The position numbers and the translations under genes are program-made. A stretch of 63,828 bases of DNA from Gemmatimonadales bacterium (GTDB taxonomy: Bacteria; Gemmatimonadota; Gemmatimonadetes; Gemmatimonadales; GWC2-71-9), in assembly GCA_039794085.1 (NCBI GenBank), contig JBDIWC010000022.1, positions 1-63,828 on the forward strand, given 5' to 3'. Under the pieces are notes generated by a model, which saw only the letters and a list, made by a program, of their open reading frames with translations, searched no databases and was not told the origin of the DNA. The number at the start of each line of letters is the position of its first letter. Positions within the stretch are counted from its first letter, which is position 1. Of the stretch, positions 28,838 through 39,574 are shown one piece after another.

Positions 28838-31428
28838 GAGGGGCGACCCGCCCGGCGCTGGAGATCGGCGAGCCGGTTGAGCGCCTGAAGCGGAGTGAGC
28901 GACTCGACGTCAATTCCCCGCAGCTCGGTCACCAGGGGGTCGGGCCCGGAGGCAAAGAGAGCGAGCTGGCCCGGATCCACGGTCGGCGGAGTTCCCGGCA
29001 CCATCCGGTGCTTCCCCTCGAGCTGCCCAAGGATCTCGGTGGCGCGGGAGACGACGGGCCGGGGAAGCCCGGCAAGCTGGGCCACGTGGATGCCGTAGGA
29101 CCGGTCGGTGCCGCCCGGCTCCAGCCGGTGGAGGAAGACCACGGTGCTGGACGTTTCCCGGACCGCCACGTTGAAGTTCCGGGCATGGGCCAGGCGCTCG
29201 GGAAGCTGCATCAGCTCGTGATAGTGCGTGGCAAACATCGTCTTGCAGCCGGCGTGGTCGTGCAGGTGCTCCGTCACGGCCCAGGCGATGGCGACACCGT
29301 CGTAGGTCGAGGTGCCGCGGCCGATCTCGTCGAGCAGGACCAGGCTCCGGGGAGTGGCGTTGTGGAGAATGGCGCTCGTCTCCGCCATCTCCACCATGAA
29401 GGTGGACTGGCCGCGGGCGAGGTTGTCGCTCGCGCCGACCCGGGTGAAGAGCCGGTCCACCACCCCGATCCGGCCCGCGCCGGCGGGGATGAAACTCCCC
29501 ATCTGGGCCAGGATCACGGCGAGGCCGATCTGGCGCAGGATGGTGGACTTGCCCGCCATGTTGGGGCCGGTGACGAGAAGGACCCGGGCGCCGGCATCGA
29601 AGTGGACGTCGTTGGGGATGAAGGACTCCCGCGCCATCATCCGCTCCACGACCGCGTGGCGACAGGCGGTGAGGGTGAGGTCGAACTCGGCGGTGATCTC
29701 GGGCCGCACATACTGATGGCGCACCGCGATCTCCGCCAGGCCGGCGAGGACGTCGAGCCGGGCCAGGACACGGGCCGTGTTCCGGATCCGGCCGACGGCC
29801 TCGCCGGCGCGGGTGCGGAGCGCCCCGAACAGCTCCGCCTCCCGGGTGGTCATCCGCTCCTCGGCGCCGAGCACCTTCGCCTCGTACTCCTTGAGCTCGG
29901 GCGTGACATACCGCTCGGCGGTGGTGAGCGTCTGGCGCCGCTCGTAGTCGGCGGGGATCCGCGCGGTGTGGGTGTGGGTTACTTCGAGGTAGTAGCCGAA
30001 GACCTTGTTGTACCCGACCTTGAGGGAGGGGATTCCGGTCCGCTCCCGCTCCCGCTGCTGCAACCCCGCGATATACTGCTTCCCGCCGTCCCGCAGGGCG
30101 CGGCTCTCGTCCAGTTCGGCGTCGTGTCCCTGCCGGATCACGCCCCCGTCTCCCAACGACACCGGCAAACGGTCTTCGAGGCCCGCCGCGAGCAGCGTGG
30201 CCAGATCGTCGAGCGGGTCGAACGCCGCGGCCTGTTCGATCAAGAGGCCGTCGGCATCGGCGCCGCGGAGAGACTGGAGGGCGTCTCGGATTCCGGGAAG
30301 CCGAAGCAGCGAGTCCCGCAGGGCTCCGAGTTCGCGCGGGGTGGCGCGTCCCGCGGCGGCCCGGCCCCCCAGACGCTCCAGGTCCCGGACGCCGTCGAGT
30401 GCCGCCCGGAGGGAGTCCCGTCCCCGTTCATCCTTCACGAAAAGTTCCACCGCGTCGTGCCGCCGACGAATCGTGTCGGGATCGGAAAGGGGGGACAGCA
30501 GCCAGCGGCGGAGACACCGGGCCCCCATCGGCGTGACGGTGGCGTCGATGTTCTCCAGAAGGGTGACTCCCCGGGCATCGCCGCGGAGCGGCTCCACCAG
30601 CTCCAGGTTGCGGCGCGTCATCTCGTCCACCCACATATACGCCTCGGGGCGCCGAACCACCGGACGGGCCAGGTGCGGGATTCCCCCGGGCTGCAGGTCG
30701 CCGAGATAGCGGAGGAGGGCACCGGCGGCGGCCACCGCGGCCCGGTCGGCCGGAGTGATGCCGAGCCCGTCGAGGGAGGCAATGCCGAAACGGCGGGAGA
30801 GTTCCGGGTAGCCGAGTTCGGAATCGAACTCCCACGCCTCCCGCCGGGTCTGCATGACGTTGGGGAGGTCGGCCCAGGTGGAACCGGCGGGGAGGAGGAG
30901 CTCTGCGGGGTTGAGCCGGCCGAGCACCTCGGCCAACCCGGCGGCCGATGCCGTCTCCAGAACGAAATCCCCGGTGCTCAGGTCGATCGCCGCGATCCCG
31001 ACGTCGGGCGCCTCGCCACCGGCGGAATCGGAGGCCAGCGCCACGAGAAAGTTGTTCCGGCCTCCCGGGAGCCAGCCGTCTTCGAGCATGGCCCCGGGGG
31101 TGAGCGTCTCCACCACCTCCCGCCGGACGATGCCGCGGGCGGCCTTGGGGTCCTCGACCTGTTCACAGATGGCGACGCGGTGCCCCGCCTGTAGTAGTTG
31201 CTTGAGATACTCCGTTGCTGCTTTGACCGGGACCCCCGCCAGGGGGACTCCGTCGCCCCGGGAGGTGAGGGTGATGTTCAGGGCGCGGGCCCCGATCTCG
31301 GCGTCCTCGAAGAACATCTCGTAGAAGTCGCCCATTCGGAAGAAGAGGATGGCGTCCCGATGGTTCGCCTTGATCTCCCGGTACTGCTTGAGGAGCGGTG
31401 TGGTGGTGCCGCCGTTCCCACCGGTCAT
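28834..31428 (-). CDS. mutS: DNA mismatch repair protein MutS
   Basis: GDFYEMF, TGPNMAGKST, STFMVE, DEIGRGTST and ATHYHEL. Confidence 0.98.
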   Translation of the reverse strand: MTGGNGGTTTPLLKQYREIKANHRDAILFFRMGDFYEMFFEDAEIGARALNITLTSRGDGVPLAGVPVKAATEYLKQLLQAGHRVAICEQVEDPKAARGIVRREVVETLTPGAMLEDGWLPGGRNNFLVALASDSAGGEAPDVGIAAIDLSTGDFVLETASAAGLAEVLGRLNPAELLLPAGSTWADLPNVMQTRREAWEFDSELGYPELSRRFGIASLDGLGITPADRAAVAAAGALLRYLGDLQPGGIPHLARPVVRRPEAYMWVDEMTRRNLELVEPLRGDARGVTLLENIDATVTPMGARCLRRWLLSPLSDPDTIRRRHDAVELFVKDERGRDSLRAALDGVRDLERLGGRAAAGRATPRELGALRDSLLRLPGIRDALQSLRGADADGLLIEQAAAFDPLDDLATLLAAGLEDRLPVSLGDGGVIRQGHDAELDESRALRDGGKQYIAGLQQRERERTGIPSLKVGYNKVFGYYLEVTHTHTARIPADYERRQTLTTAERYVTPELKEYEAKVLGAEERMTTREAELFGALRTRAGEAVGRIRNTARVLARLDVLAGLAEIAVRHQYVRPEITAEFDLTLTACRHAVVERMMARESFIPNDVHFDAGARVLLVTGPNMAGKSTILRQIGLAVILAQMGSFIPAGAGRIGVVDRLFTRVGASDNLARGQSTFMVEMAETSAILHNATPRSLVLLDEIGRGTSTYDGVAIAWAVTEHLHDHAGCKTMFATHYHELMQLPERLAHARNFNVAVRETSSTVVFLHRLEPGGTDRSYGIHVAQLAGLPRPVVSRATEILGQLEGKHRMVPGTPPTVDPGQLALFASGPDPLVTELRGIDVESLTPLQALNRLADLQRRAGRPS

Positions 31429-32270
31429 CGGACGACGACGATGAACGGCCCGGTCCCGAAGCGCTCCCGGATGCGAGGCAGGGCCGCTCGGGCCTCGTCG
31501 CGGGTGCGGAAGGGGCCGGCCTGGACCTTGTAGAAACGGCCCTCATGCACCACGACCGACTCGAACCCGAGGGCCTTGAGCCGGGCCGCGAGCTGGTCGG
31601 CGTCGCTCCGGGTCTGCAGTGCGGCGGCCTGGATGCGGTAGACCGGTCCGGTCTGCGCCGGGGGTGGTGCCGGAGCCGGGGGAGGAGGCGTTGGTGCCGG
31701 GGTCACGGCGGACGGGGCGTCGCACCGCTGCTGCTGGAAGTTGAGCTGGTTCCGGAGTTCCACGTCGTCCGTGCCCGCCGCAATTCCAAGCGCGGCAAAG
31801 CGACAGGCTTTAGCGGTATTGCGCTGTTCCCACGCGGCCCGGGAGCCCCAGAGCGCCGCGGCGGCCCGGATCGGGCTCTCGGGGTAGTCGGAGAGGAGGC
31901 GCTCGAAGTAGCGGAGCGCGCCGGCGGGGTCATCGATGGCGTAGTCGAGCTGGCCGAGGAGGAGGAGAGCGTCGTCGGCCCAGGGAGAGAGGGAGAATTC
32001 GACGGTGACGCGCTGGAGGGCGAGGCGCCGGTCCTGGAGGCTCCCGGCGACGAGGCCCTGGGTGTAGAGAATCTCGGGATAGAGGGCACTCGTGGTCGGT
32101 GTGGCGTCGAGCAGGGTGCGGGTAACGGCGCGGGCGGAATCGCCGAGTCCTTCGCGGGCCAGGCGGACGGCGTCCTGCAGACGGGGGTCCTCCTGGGCGG
32201 TGGCCCGGGCCGGCGGAATCAATCCCGCCAGGAGAGCCAGGACGGGGAGGAGGTGTAGTCGGGTGGTCAT
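31425..32270 (-). CDS. TPR plus SPOR domain exported protein
   Basis: Signal peptide, TPR-like helices, a Pro-rich linker and YRIQAAA...YKVQAGPF. Confidence 0.85.
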   Translation of the reverse strand: MTTRLHLLPVLALLAGLIPPARATAQEDPRLQDAVRLAREGLGDSARAVTRTLLDATPTTSALYPEILYTQGLVAGSLQDRRLALQRVTVEFSLSPWADDALLLLGQLDYAIDDPAGALRYFERLLSDYPESPIRAAAALWGSRAAWEQRNTAKACRFAALGIAAGTDDVELRNQLNFQQQRCDAPSAVTPAPTPPPPAPAPPPAQTGPVYRIQAAALQTRSDADQLAARLKALGFESVVVHEGRFYKVQAGPFRTRDEARAALPRIRERFGTGPFIVVVR

Positions 32271-33316
32271 GCGGCTGCCTTCCGGGAACCCTGGAGGCGG
32301 AGAAGGAGGTCGATGACGATGGCGCCCTCGTCCGAGAGGGTGGTGCTCTTCAGTGCCTCGTCGGCCCAGCGGGCGTGGCGGATTCCGGCGCGGACCCGGT
32401 CCATGGGCCAGCGGCCGGCCCAGCGGCTCCAGGCGGCGGCCGTCTCCTTATAGTCTATTCCCCAGAGGCGGGCCTTGCGGAGGGTGTTGAAGACCGCCGA
32501 CTCGAGGGTTCGGCCCCGCTTCCCCTGGTCGTAGAGGGTGCGGGCGAGTCCGAGCCCGACCAGGGTGGTGCCGAGCAGGGTGACGAGGCGGACGCCGGAG
32601 ACCCCCGATTGCTGGAGAACCGGACCGGTGAGGGAGATGGCGCGGGCGGTGTTTCCATCCATGGCGGCATCGCGCCAGTCGAACTGGGTTTCGCCGTGGC
32701 GCACGCCGAGGAGGGCGCCGACCCGGTCGATCCCGATGGGGTCGTCTCCGGAGAGTCCCGAGAGCTTGGCGAGTTCGGAGGCGAGGGAACCGAGGGAGGC
32801 GTTGGTGACGCGTACCAGGTGCTCCACCGCTTCGGGGGTCAGGGTGACTTGCATTCCCTCGGCGCGGCGCTGGACCCAGCGGGCGGCACGTTCCGGCGGG
32901 AGGGGAGCGAGTTCCACGGTCCAGGCGTGCTTGGCGAGGTCGGCATCCGGCGCGGCGTCGCTGGTCTGGACCAGAACGAGGACAGTTTCGGGGGCGGGGC
33001 GCTCGAGATAGGCCAGGACGGCGGCCTTTCCCTTGCTCTTCCGGGCCCAGGCCTCGGTGTCGCGGATCACGACGACGCGGCGGTCGGCCATCATGGGGAG
33101 GGAGCTGCAGATGCCGGGGATCTGGTCCGGGGTGAGGTCGGAGGCGCTCCGGAGGTCGAGGTTGAAGTCGCGGAGGCCGGGGTCGAGGGCCTGGTCGAGG
33201 ATGGCGTGGACCGCTTCGTCCTTGAGCTGGTGCTCGGCACCGTACAAATAGTAGACGGCGTGGAGTTCGCCGGTCTTGAGGGTGCGGAAGAGGGCGTCGA
33301 AGTCGTGGGTGGCCAT
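32267..33316 (-). CDS. holA: DNA polymerase III delta subunit
   Basis: VYYLYGAE, DFNL, LPMMADRRVVV and SELAKL. Confidence 0.92.
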   Translation of the reverse strand: MATHDFDALFRTLKTGELHAVYYLYGAEHQLKDEAVHAILDQALDPGLRDFNLDLRSASDLTPDQIPGICSSLPMMADRRVVVIRDTEAWARKSKGKAAVLAYLERPAPETVLVLVQTSDAAPDADLAKHAWTVELAPLPPERAARWVQRRAEGMQVTLTPEAVEHLVRVTNASLGSLASELAKLSGLSGDDPIGIDRVGALLGVRHGETQFDWRDAAMDGNTARAISLTGPVLQQSGVSGVRLVTLLGTTLVGLGLARTLYDQGKRGRTLESAVFNTLRKARLWGIDYKETAAAWSRWAGRWPMDRVRAGIRHARWADEALKSTTLSDEGAIVIDLLLRLQGSRKAAA

Positions 33317-33344
33317 GGGAGGAAGATAAGGAATCGCGGGGGAA

Positions 33345-34680
33345 GTCGTAGGGGCGGCTGTAGGGGCGGCTCTGTAGGGGTGGCTGTAGGGGCGGCTCGT
33401 GAGCCGCCCTCCGACGCAGTAGATGTCGTCATTGCGAGGAGGCGAAGCCGACGTGGCAATCCCGTGAGCCGAAGCCGGCGTGGAAAGACGAATGGCGGGC
33501 CTTCCTGCCGGAACAGTCATTGCGAGGAGGCGAAGCCGACGTGGCAATCTCGTGAACAGACGCAGGTTCGAGGAGACCGGCGGTTGGCCTTCGTGCTGTT
33601 CCCCGGCTGCACGGTTTTGGGTCGGCGGCGGTCAGGTGACCGTCTGGCCCTCCCCCCCTACTCCCCACTCCCCACTCCCTACTCTCTACTCCCCGCTCGT
33701 ATGAATGGCCGCCCTGCTTCGGGTTGATCCCTGTGGAACCACGAAAAGCACGAAAAGGCACGAAAGGTGGGACGGGCTCAGTTACATCTCTTGAGGCTGA
33801 CTGGTGGCTTGGTGGCGTGAGCCACCTCCTCTGGCCGAGCAAGGGGCGTGAGCCCCGGGACGTCCAAACTCAAAGGCTACGCGAGGGGGTTCCGCCTGAT
33901 GCGTCATCGGCAGGGCGGAGCTGGTTGGTCGCTCTCCGCGCGTTCACGTTGGCTGAAGCCAACGCGATGCACGCTGCGCGTGAGTGCCCTGAAGGGCAGA
34001 TGCCGGGTTGGCGCAGGAATGGCGCACGTTGGAGGGACGGTGTGGAACCACGAAAAGCACGAAAAGGCATGAAAGAGATGAGGGGTGGGCTTCGTACCGC
34101 TCTTCGTTTCGAGGAGCAGACTGGTGGCGTGCGCCTTTTCTGAACCACGGGGCTCACGCCCCGGGCTCGGCGGCGAGAGGCCGTTGACACGGCCGGGTGC
34201 ATCTTCCTGGTTTCGGATCTCCAGCCGTCGTTGCGAGGGGGCGAAGGCGATGCCGTCATCGGGATGGCGGTGGTCGGCACCTTCACGTTGGCTGAAGCCA
34301 ACGCGATGCACGCTGCGCGTGAGTGCCCTGAAGGGCAGATGCCGGGTTGGCGCAGGAATGGCGCACGTTGGAGGGACGGTGTGGAACCACGAAAAGCACG
34401 AAAAGGCACGAAAGAGATGAGGGGTGGGCTTCGTACCGCTCTTCGTTTCGAGGAGCAGACTGGTGGCGTGCGCCACCTCCTCTGGCCGAGCAAGGGGCGT
34501 CAGCCCCGGGACATCCACATCCACACTCAAAGGCTGAGCGAGGGGGTTCCGCCTCATTGGTCCTCGGCAGGGGAGGTTGTTGATGGCTCGTGGCGCGCTC
34601 ACGTTGGCTTCCGGCGTGGTACCTTCATGGCCCACTCCCCACTCCCCACTCCCCACTACCCACTCCCCACTCCCACCTGT
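33345..34680. repeat. Mosaic REP/MITE-like repeat cluster 1
   Basis: GTAGGGGCGGCT units, two GTCATTGCGAGGAGGCGAAGCCGACGTGGCAATC palindromes and three AACCACGAAAAGCACGAAAAGGCA modules. About 190 bp is duplicated at 339-bp spacing (33943 and 34282), and there are (CTCCCCA)n tracts. Confidence 0.9.
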
Positions 34681-35370
34681 CCGTCCGAATCCGCAGCGGC
34701 AGGCGGCCTCGAGGGGCCACTCCCAGCCGGGGCGGGCGTTGTAGGTGGCCAGGGTGAGGCCGAGGGCCCGGCGGACCCGCTGGGCGAGGCGGGTGGTGGT
34801 GGTCCCGGCGGTGTCGGCGAGCTGTCCGGTGTTATCCGCGAGGCGCGGAAGGATGGCGAGGTCGTGGAGGCGTACCAGATCGGAGGGTCGGCAGGAGAGG
34901 ATCTCGTCGACCCGGCGGTGGAGAGTGCGGCGGGACGCACCGTTGGTGCAGCCGTCCTTGTCGAGGCAGGCCATGAGGAGGGCTTCGATGACCTCGGCGG
35001 GCTGTTGAAGCCGGCGGGCGAGCCAGTGGGCCATGGTCGATGGTGCAACGGGGGGCCGCTGGTTCACCGATTGGCGGAGGGTGGCGGCGTCGGGGAGTTG
35101 GGCGAGGGGGTGCGGGAGGACGACGGACTGAGCGGCGCGGGCCTGGTCCAGAGGGGTGAGCAGGGAAGTCAGAGAGGCGGCCAGAGGCTCGGGGGTGACG
35201 GCGACCAAAGGAACCTAAGGGGGCAGGTCCTCCAGGGCGGTGACCAAGAGGGGGAAGCAGTCTGGTTCGGTAATGAGAGCGGCGGTGAGGGAGCCGAGGG
35301 CGAAGCGGGTGGCCGGGGTGATCGGAGTGGAGGTCTTGTCGTTCGGGCCCAGAACTGTCCAAGATCGCAT
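34680..35370 (-). pseudogene. Uncharacterised HTH-like regulator, copy B (nonsense mutation)
   Basis: Close paralog of 43086-43862. TAG at 35215-35217 corresponds to TGG (Trp) in the paralog, and the C-terminus runs into repeats. Confidence 0.75.
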
Positions 35371-35461
35371 CTCTCTCTTCCTCTTCCGGTGTCTGCCGAT
35401 AAGAGAAGCCTCTCAGAAGACGTGTTGTCAAGGAGGGAGAGGTTCTGAGGAGGGTGGTTAC

Positions 35462-35495
35462 CACCAGTTTTGGCCAGAAATGGCCGAAAGTGGTG
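35462..35495. promoter_or_regulatory. Conserved palindrome (candidate operator), locus B
   Basis: CACCAGTTTTGGCCA-GAAA-TGGCCGAAAGTGGTG, with 33/34 identity to 43960-43993. Confidence 0.65.
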
Positions 35496-35609
35496 TTGGC
35501 GGACCAGGTGGCAACCTCAATATTGATGCGCACATCGGAGGTCGGAGAATGCGACTTCGGGCTTCTGCTGCAACGTGACATCGAGAACCCTTTCCCAACG
35601 GAGGCGAAC

Positions 35610-35819
35610 ATGAGGTATCTGAAGTCCCCTCGGTTCTGGCTGGTCGCCGCACTGATCGCAGTCAACGCCGTGCTGTTTGAAGCACGCCCCGCCGAGGCCG
35701 ATGAACCCGGTTACTTCTTGGACTGCTACTGGGTTGGGACTCCTGCGGCGTTCTGCGACTACTTCCCGTTCACACACTGTACTCCAGCGACGTGCGCCCC
35801 AACGGGTCTGGAGCCATAG
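35610..35819 (+). CDS. Small secreted 4-Cys peptide B (69 aa)
   Basis: SD GGAGG and a signal ending AEA. The mature peptide is DEPGYFLDCYWVGTPAAFCDYFPFTHCTPATCAPTGLEP. Confidence 0.78.
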   Translation: MRYLKSPRFWLVAALIAVNAVLFEARPAEADEPGYFLDCYWVGTPAAFCDYFPFTHCTPATCAPTGLEP

Positions 35820-35863
35820 AGAGCCGCAGAAGCATCATCACGGTTCAATCTGGCGGGTCGGCA

Positions 35864-35892
35864 AGACACAGCCACGAAGGGTGGCTGTGTCT
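35864..35892 (+). terminator. Stem-loop after peptide B
   Basis: Perfect 12-bp stem AGACACAGCCAC/GTGGCTGTGTCT, with no strong U tract. Confidence 0.5.
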
Positions 35893-35946
35893 GACCACCT
35901 ATTCCTCGAATAGTCCTGTGCACAACAGGGATGGATCCGTCTACCT

Positions 35947-36501
35947 GTGCGACATCTAACTGCGGCCTTAATCCTTGTTCTCCTCGCGACCGCCACGGCT
36001 CAGTTGGTGGAGCGCTCTCAGTTCAGGCGATCCACAAGCGGGTTTGTTGCGCGCATGGTCGGGGAGACGCTCCCAGACGTCTCGCTGCGCCGGAGCGATC
36101 TTGGTGGGCCTCCGGAGAAGACCGTGAGTACAAGACTGAGCGACGCTGTAGGATCGAAATGTGCCATCGCCTTGTTCTTCAGCCCTACCTGTTTCGCGTG
36201 TGAGGCGATTGCTCCACTCTGGTCGGGTCGCAGTACCGTTCTTCTCGATGGGCAGAGGGCCACGGTTCTATGGATAGCGGTAACCAATGACGTGCAGGAG
36301 AGTGGAGCTTTCATGAGCAGGCATGGACTGAACGGGCCTCTCTACACTCTTCCCAGAATCTCTGATGTGTTTGACTTGGGTGTTCACGGTACTCCTACTC
36401 TCTATTTCATTGACCCAGACCCACGCTTGGAGGGTGTCTCGGATGGAAATCCGGAGACCCTTCCAACGCCACGCAATCCAGGTGCGTGCATCGAGGAATA
36501 G
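35947..36501 (+). CDS. Membrane-anchored TlpA/thioredoxin-like protein
   Basis: N-terminal TM, GETLPDV, FFSPTCFAC and GVHGTPTLYFID (cis-Pro loop). Confidence 0.85.
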   Translation: MRHLTAALILVLLATATAQLVERSQFRRSTSGFVARMVGETLPDVSLRRSDLGGPPEKTVSTRLSDAVGSKCAIALFFSPTCFACEAIAPLWSGRSTVLLDGQRATVLWIAVTNDVQESGAFMSRHGLNGPLYTLPRISDVFDLGVHGTPTLYFIDPDPRLEGVSDGNPETLPTPRNPGACIEE

Positions 36502-36825
36502 TGTTGGTCGACTTCACGCGGGCAGCGAGCGGCAAGTCCCAACCGAGTGATCCTGAAACGTATTGATCGCGTGTGAAGACGTTCTAGGTTTATGATCAGG
36601 CGCATGCCGAAGCGTCGGGGGATGGGGCTGTAGGCGCGGGATTTTACCGCCGACGGACCGGTGTACTCGTCACCAGCACCCCGGCCACATGGCCAACGGC
36701 AGGCTCGGCAATAAGTAGTTCACCCCGGTCAGCACCGATCCTTGGATCGCTCCGGAGGAACAAGAATGGTGGGAACGGACATGGTCAGGTGGCTCCGGGC
36801 AGTGTCGTTTGCTCCGGCAGCTCGC

Positions 36826-38175
36826 ATGCGTAGGTTGCTGAAGATGCTAAGCGTCGGGCTGTTGACAGCGCTATGGGCATGTGGCGGCAGGCAAGACGAG
36901 CCACCTGCACTCGCAGTGACCCTTAGCGACAGCAGCGGGATCAGGGTTGTCTCGCTCTCAACGTCCCTGAACAGCGTGGCATCACAAATGGAAGGGATCA
37001 AGACCCTGGCTCGTGATCGTGTGCTGGGAAGGGAGAGTCCAGGATTCACCGACGTGGCAGATGTGACCACGGTCGGCGACACGGTGGCGGTACTCGATCG
37101 AAACGATGGCGCGATCCACCTCTTCGGGCTTGGTGCGCAGACAGTCGAGCGCACCATCGGGAAGAAGGGAAGGGGCCCGGGAGAACTCATGATACCGTGG
37201 GGAGTGGAACGGGTAGGACCGTGGTTGGTGGTGGCGCAGGGAGTGGAGAGTGGGAACACTCTGACGATGTTCTCCACCGATGACGGGTCGGCGGTGGCGA
37301 CGAGTCCACCGGTGGCGGGGGACTGGGGACAGTTTCTGTTCCGTGGTCCAAACCTCAATCTCGACACACCCACCAAGGCGGGGATCGAGGATTGGGCCCG
37401 CCGCCTTGGCGCCTTCGACGATTCTACCCTGGCCGTGATGGTTCGGGAAAAAGAAGGGGTCGCTGAAGGAGGCGAGGCCATCGTGCCGCAGGTGGTGCAT
37501 ATCCTCCGGGTCCGGCTGCCCCTCCCCGGTGTGGTCGACACCCTGGCCACGCTCTCCGCTCCGCCCGTGGAATTGTGGAGGCCACCGGCGGGGCGCCGAC
37601 CCGCAGTGTTCCGTGAACCGCTGTACGGGCCCCGCCCGCTTTGGAGCGTAGGGGACGACTGGTATGCCCTCGCCGAAGGTGACGTGCCCGAGGTAAAGGT
37701 GTTCCGGAAGGATGGTGAGCCCTTGACTGTGATTCGGTGGCCCCGCGTGGACACTCCGATCTCCGAGGAGGACCAACTGACGGCGGCCGCCTTCACCGCC
37801 ACCTACAGCATCAGGAGTTCGGAGGAGGTGCGCAGGCAGCTTGAGGGCATGTCCGGCAGCGAGCGTGCGGAGGCACATCGCCTGTTCCTGCCGCTCATGA
37901 GCTTCGCGGGCAGTGCTCCGCAGATCACCGCGCTTTATGGGGCTGGGGAGTGCCTCTGGATGAGCGGGTTCAACCCCCGGGATTTTCCGGACGGGACGTC
38001 GCTCACCTGGGTCGGTATCAACGTTCACACCGGGGCCCTTATCCCGCCGGTCAGGATCCCCGGCACCGACGTGCGGGTCCGCCACTTCGATCGGCGTGCC
38101 GTGTACACGAAGGAGTTCACCGAGGAGGACGTGCAGACGGTCGTGCGTTACCCGATCCCCGGGGCGGCATGCTGA
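36826..38175 (+). CDS. 6-bladed beta-propeller lipoprotein
   Basis: Lipobox LWAC, DSSGIRVV, IGKKGRGPGEL and C-terminal VVRY. Confidence 0.78.
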   Translation: MRRLLKMLSVGLLTALWACGGRQDEPPALAVTLSDSSGIRVVSLSTSLNSVASQMEGIKTLARDRVLGRESPGFTDVADVTTVGDTVAVLDRNDGAIHLFGLGAQTVERTIGKKGRGPGELMIPWGVERVGPWLVVAQGVESGNTLTMFSTDDGSAVATSPPVAGDWGQFLFRGPNLNLDTPTKAGIEDWARRLGAFDDSTLAVMVREKEGVAEGGEAIVPQVVHILRVRLPLPGVVDTLATLSAPPVELWRPPAGRRPAVFREPLYGPRPLWSVGDDWYALAEGDVPEVKVFRKDGEPLTVIRWPRVDTPISEEDQLTAAAFTATYSIRSSEEVRRQLEGMSGSERAEAHRLFLPLMSFAGSAPQITALYGAGECLWMSGFNPRDFPDGTSLTWVGINVHTGALIPPVRIPGTDVRVRHFDRRAVYTKEFTEEDVQTVVRYPIPGAAC

Positions 38176-38383
38176 ACGAGCCGTCGGGCGAAGGACAGAG
38201 CATCCTCAACGGACTGGCCTCGATCATGTGCACGGCGATTGAGCCGTAGAGGTTCAAGCAGTAGAACACGCGTGTCGGGTGTGCCACTACATCTCCGTGT
38301 CCTCTGGTTGCGGCTCGTGTCTAGGTAAGTATACAATGCCACAATGCGGCAAGTTGTTCCGCTGCGTTCACAGGATGGAAAGC

Positions 38384-39513
38384 ATGCAAGGCTTGTGCTC
38401 CGGCAGAATGCTCATGGTTGCAGGGGTTACCGGATTGGTACTGGTGACTCCGGGTCTGCTTCTCGCCAGACAGCACACCGCCCCCGATCTCGTCGCCGTG
38501 CCGATCGTGCTCGACACGATCGGCCCGACCCAGGGAACCATCGCGGTCTCCACTCGCGGCATCCTCGCCTTCACGCCCCCAGCCTGGGAGGGTGAGACGA
38601 CGGCGATGCTACGCGTTCTGGATCCGGAGGGAGGAACCCGTTTTCTTGGTGTGTCCACCGGCAAGGGCCCCGGTGAACTCAGTGTGGTTCTCCGGTGGTT
38701 CTTCGAAGGAGACTCCCTCCTCCACGCGTTCGATCCCACCACGTTGCGCATCTCAACCTTCACGGCGGCCGGGGAGTTCCGTCGTTCTCATCAACTTTCC
38801 CAGGTTGGGCTCCCGGTCCGTATAGCCGACGACTCGGTGGACCTCGCTCGCGGTGCCGGCCTGCCCTGGAGCCTGGTTCGGCTCTCCCTGACCACCGGCG
38901 GGAACCGGACACTTCTGGACGCATCGGCCCCCGGTTTCGAGCGTCTCTTCCCGCTCGAACCGGGCACGAATGCAATCGGAAGCCGCCGCCAGCCGGCGGT
39001 GCTTCCTCCAGACCGGAGTTCCACCGAAACGGTGCTTGCCAACGACCTGACCTATTCCATGATTGCGTTCGACGCCGGAGGTACCACACGGCGCGAGGGC
39101 GGCCGATCCGTGCGACCCCGGAAGCGCTCCCCGCAGGAGCTGGAGCGGGCGATCGAACCCGGAAGCAGGCTGAGCGGATGGGTCGTGGTAAGGTCTGGGT
39201 GGACCAGCGTGCTCGGACCCTGCGGACGGAGGATCTCGCCTTCTTTCATTTCACTCACGGTCTCGCGCGGGACAGGGCAGGACGCATCTGGGTGGTCGGA
39301 ATCGCGGAAGGGGGGGAGGAGGTGTTCGCGGATGTGTTCTCGCCGGATCTGACGTTCCTGAAGCGCTACGTGATCCCCTGCCGCGCTTTCGGCAATGGAT
39401 GGGACTTGAACGGGGACTGGCTGGTGCTGCTCTGCGGCCGCGATCCAGAAACATCCCGGAGCACGATCCGGTTGTTCAAAGTGGTGGAGGGGAAAGGGGC
39501 CGGGGGACGATAG
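38384..39513 (+). pseudogene. 6-bladed beta-propeller protein, frameshifted near 39157
   Basis: GKGPGEL lies in one frame and DRAGRIWV...DVFSPD in another. Adding one A (GAAACC) restores AIETRKQAERM, so this may be a sequencing error. Confidence 0.7.
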
Positions 39514-39574
39514 AGCCGGATCCATTCCCCAGGATTGGAAGCTATATGTCAGCGCTTCGCGACGGGCCATGAAT

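Noticed and set aside
29008..31194. Long antisense ORFs (also 17177-19162, 50160-51803, 51650-53095 and others)
   Set aside because: These are shadow frames of GC-rich genes with no motifs.
33732..34510. Recurrent ~30-bp AACCACGAAAAG repeats as CRISPR repeats
   Set aside because: Spacing is over 300 bp and the intervening DNA is itself repeated.
33904..35208. 434-aa ORF
   Set aside because: It is the post-stop part of the regulator pseudogene read through non-coding repeats.
35215..35217. TAG as pyrrolysine or recoding
   Set aside because: The paralog has TGG, no pyl genes are seen, and TAG is a normal stop elsewhere in the window.
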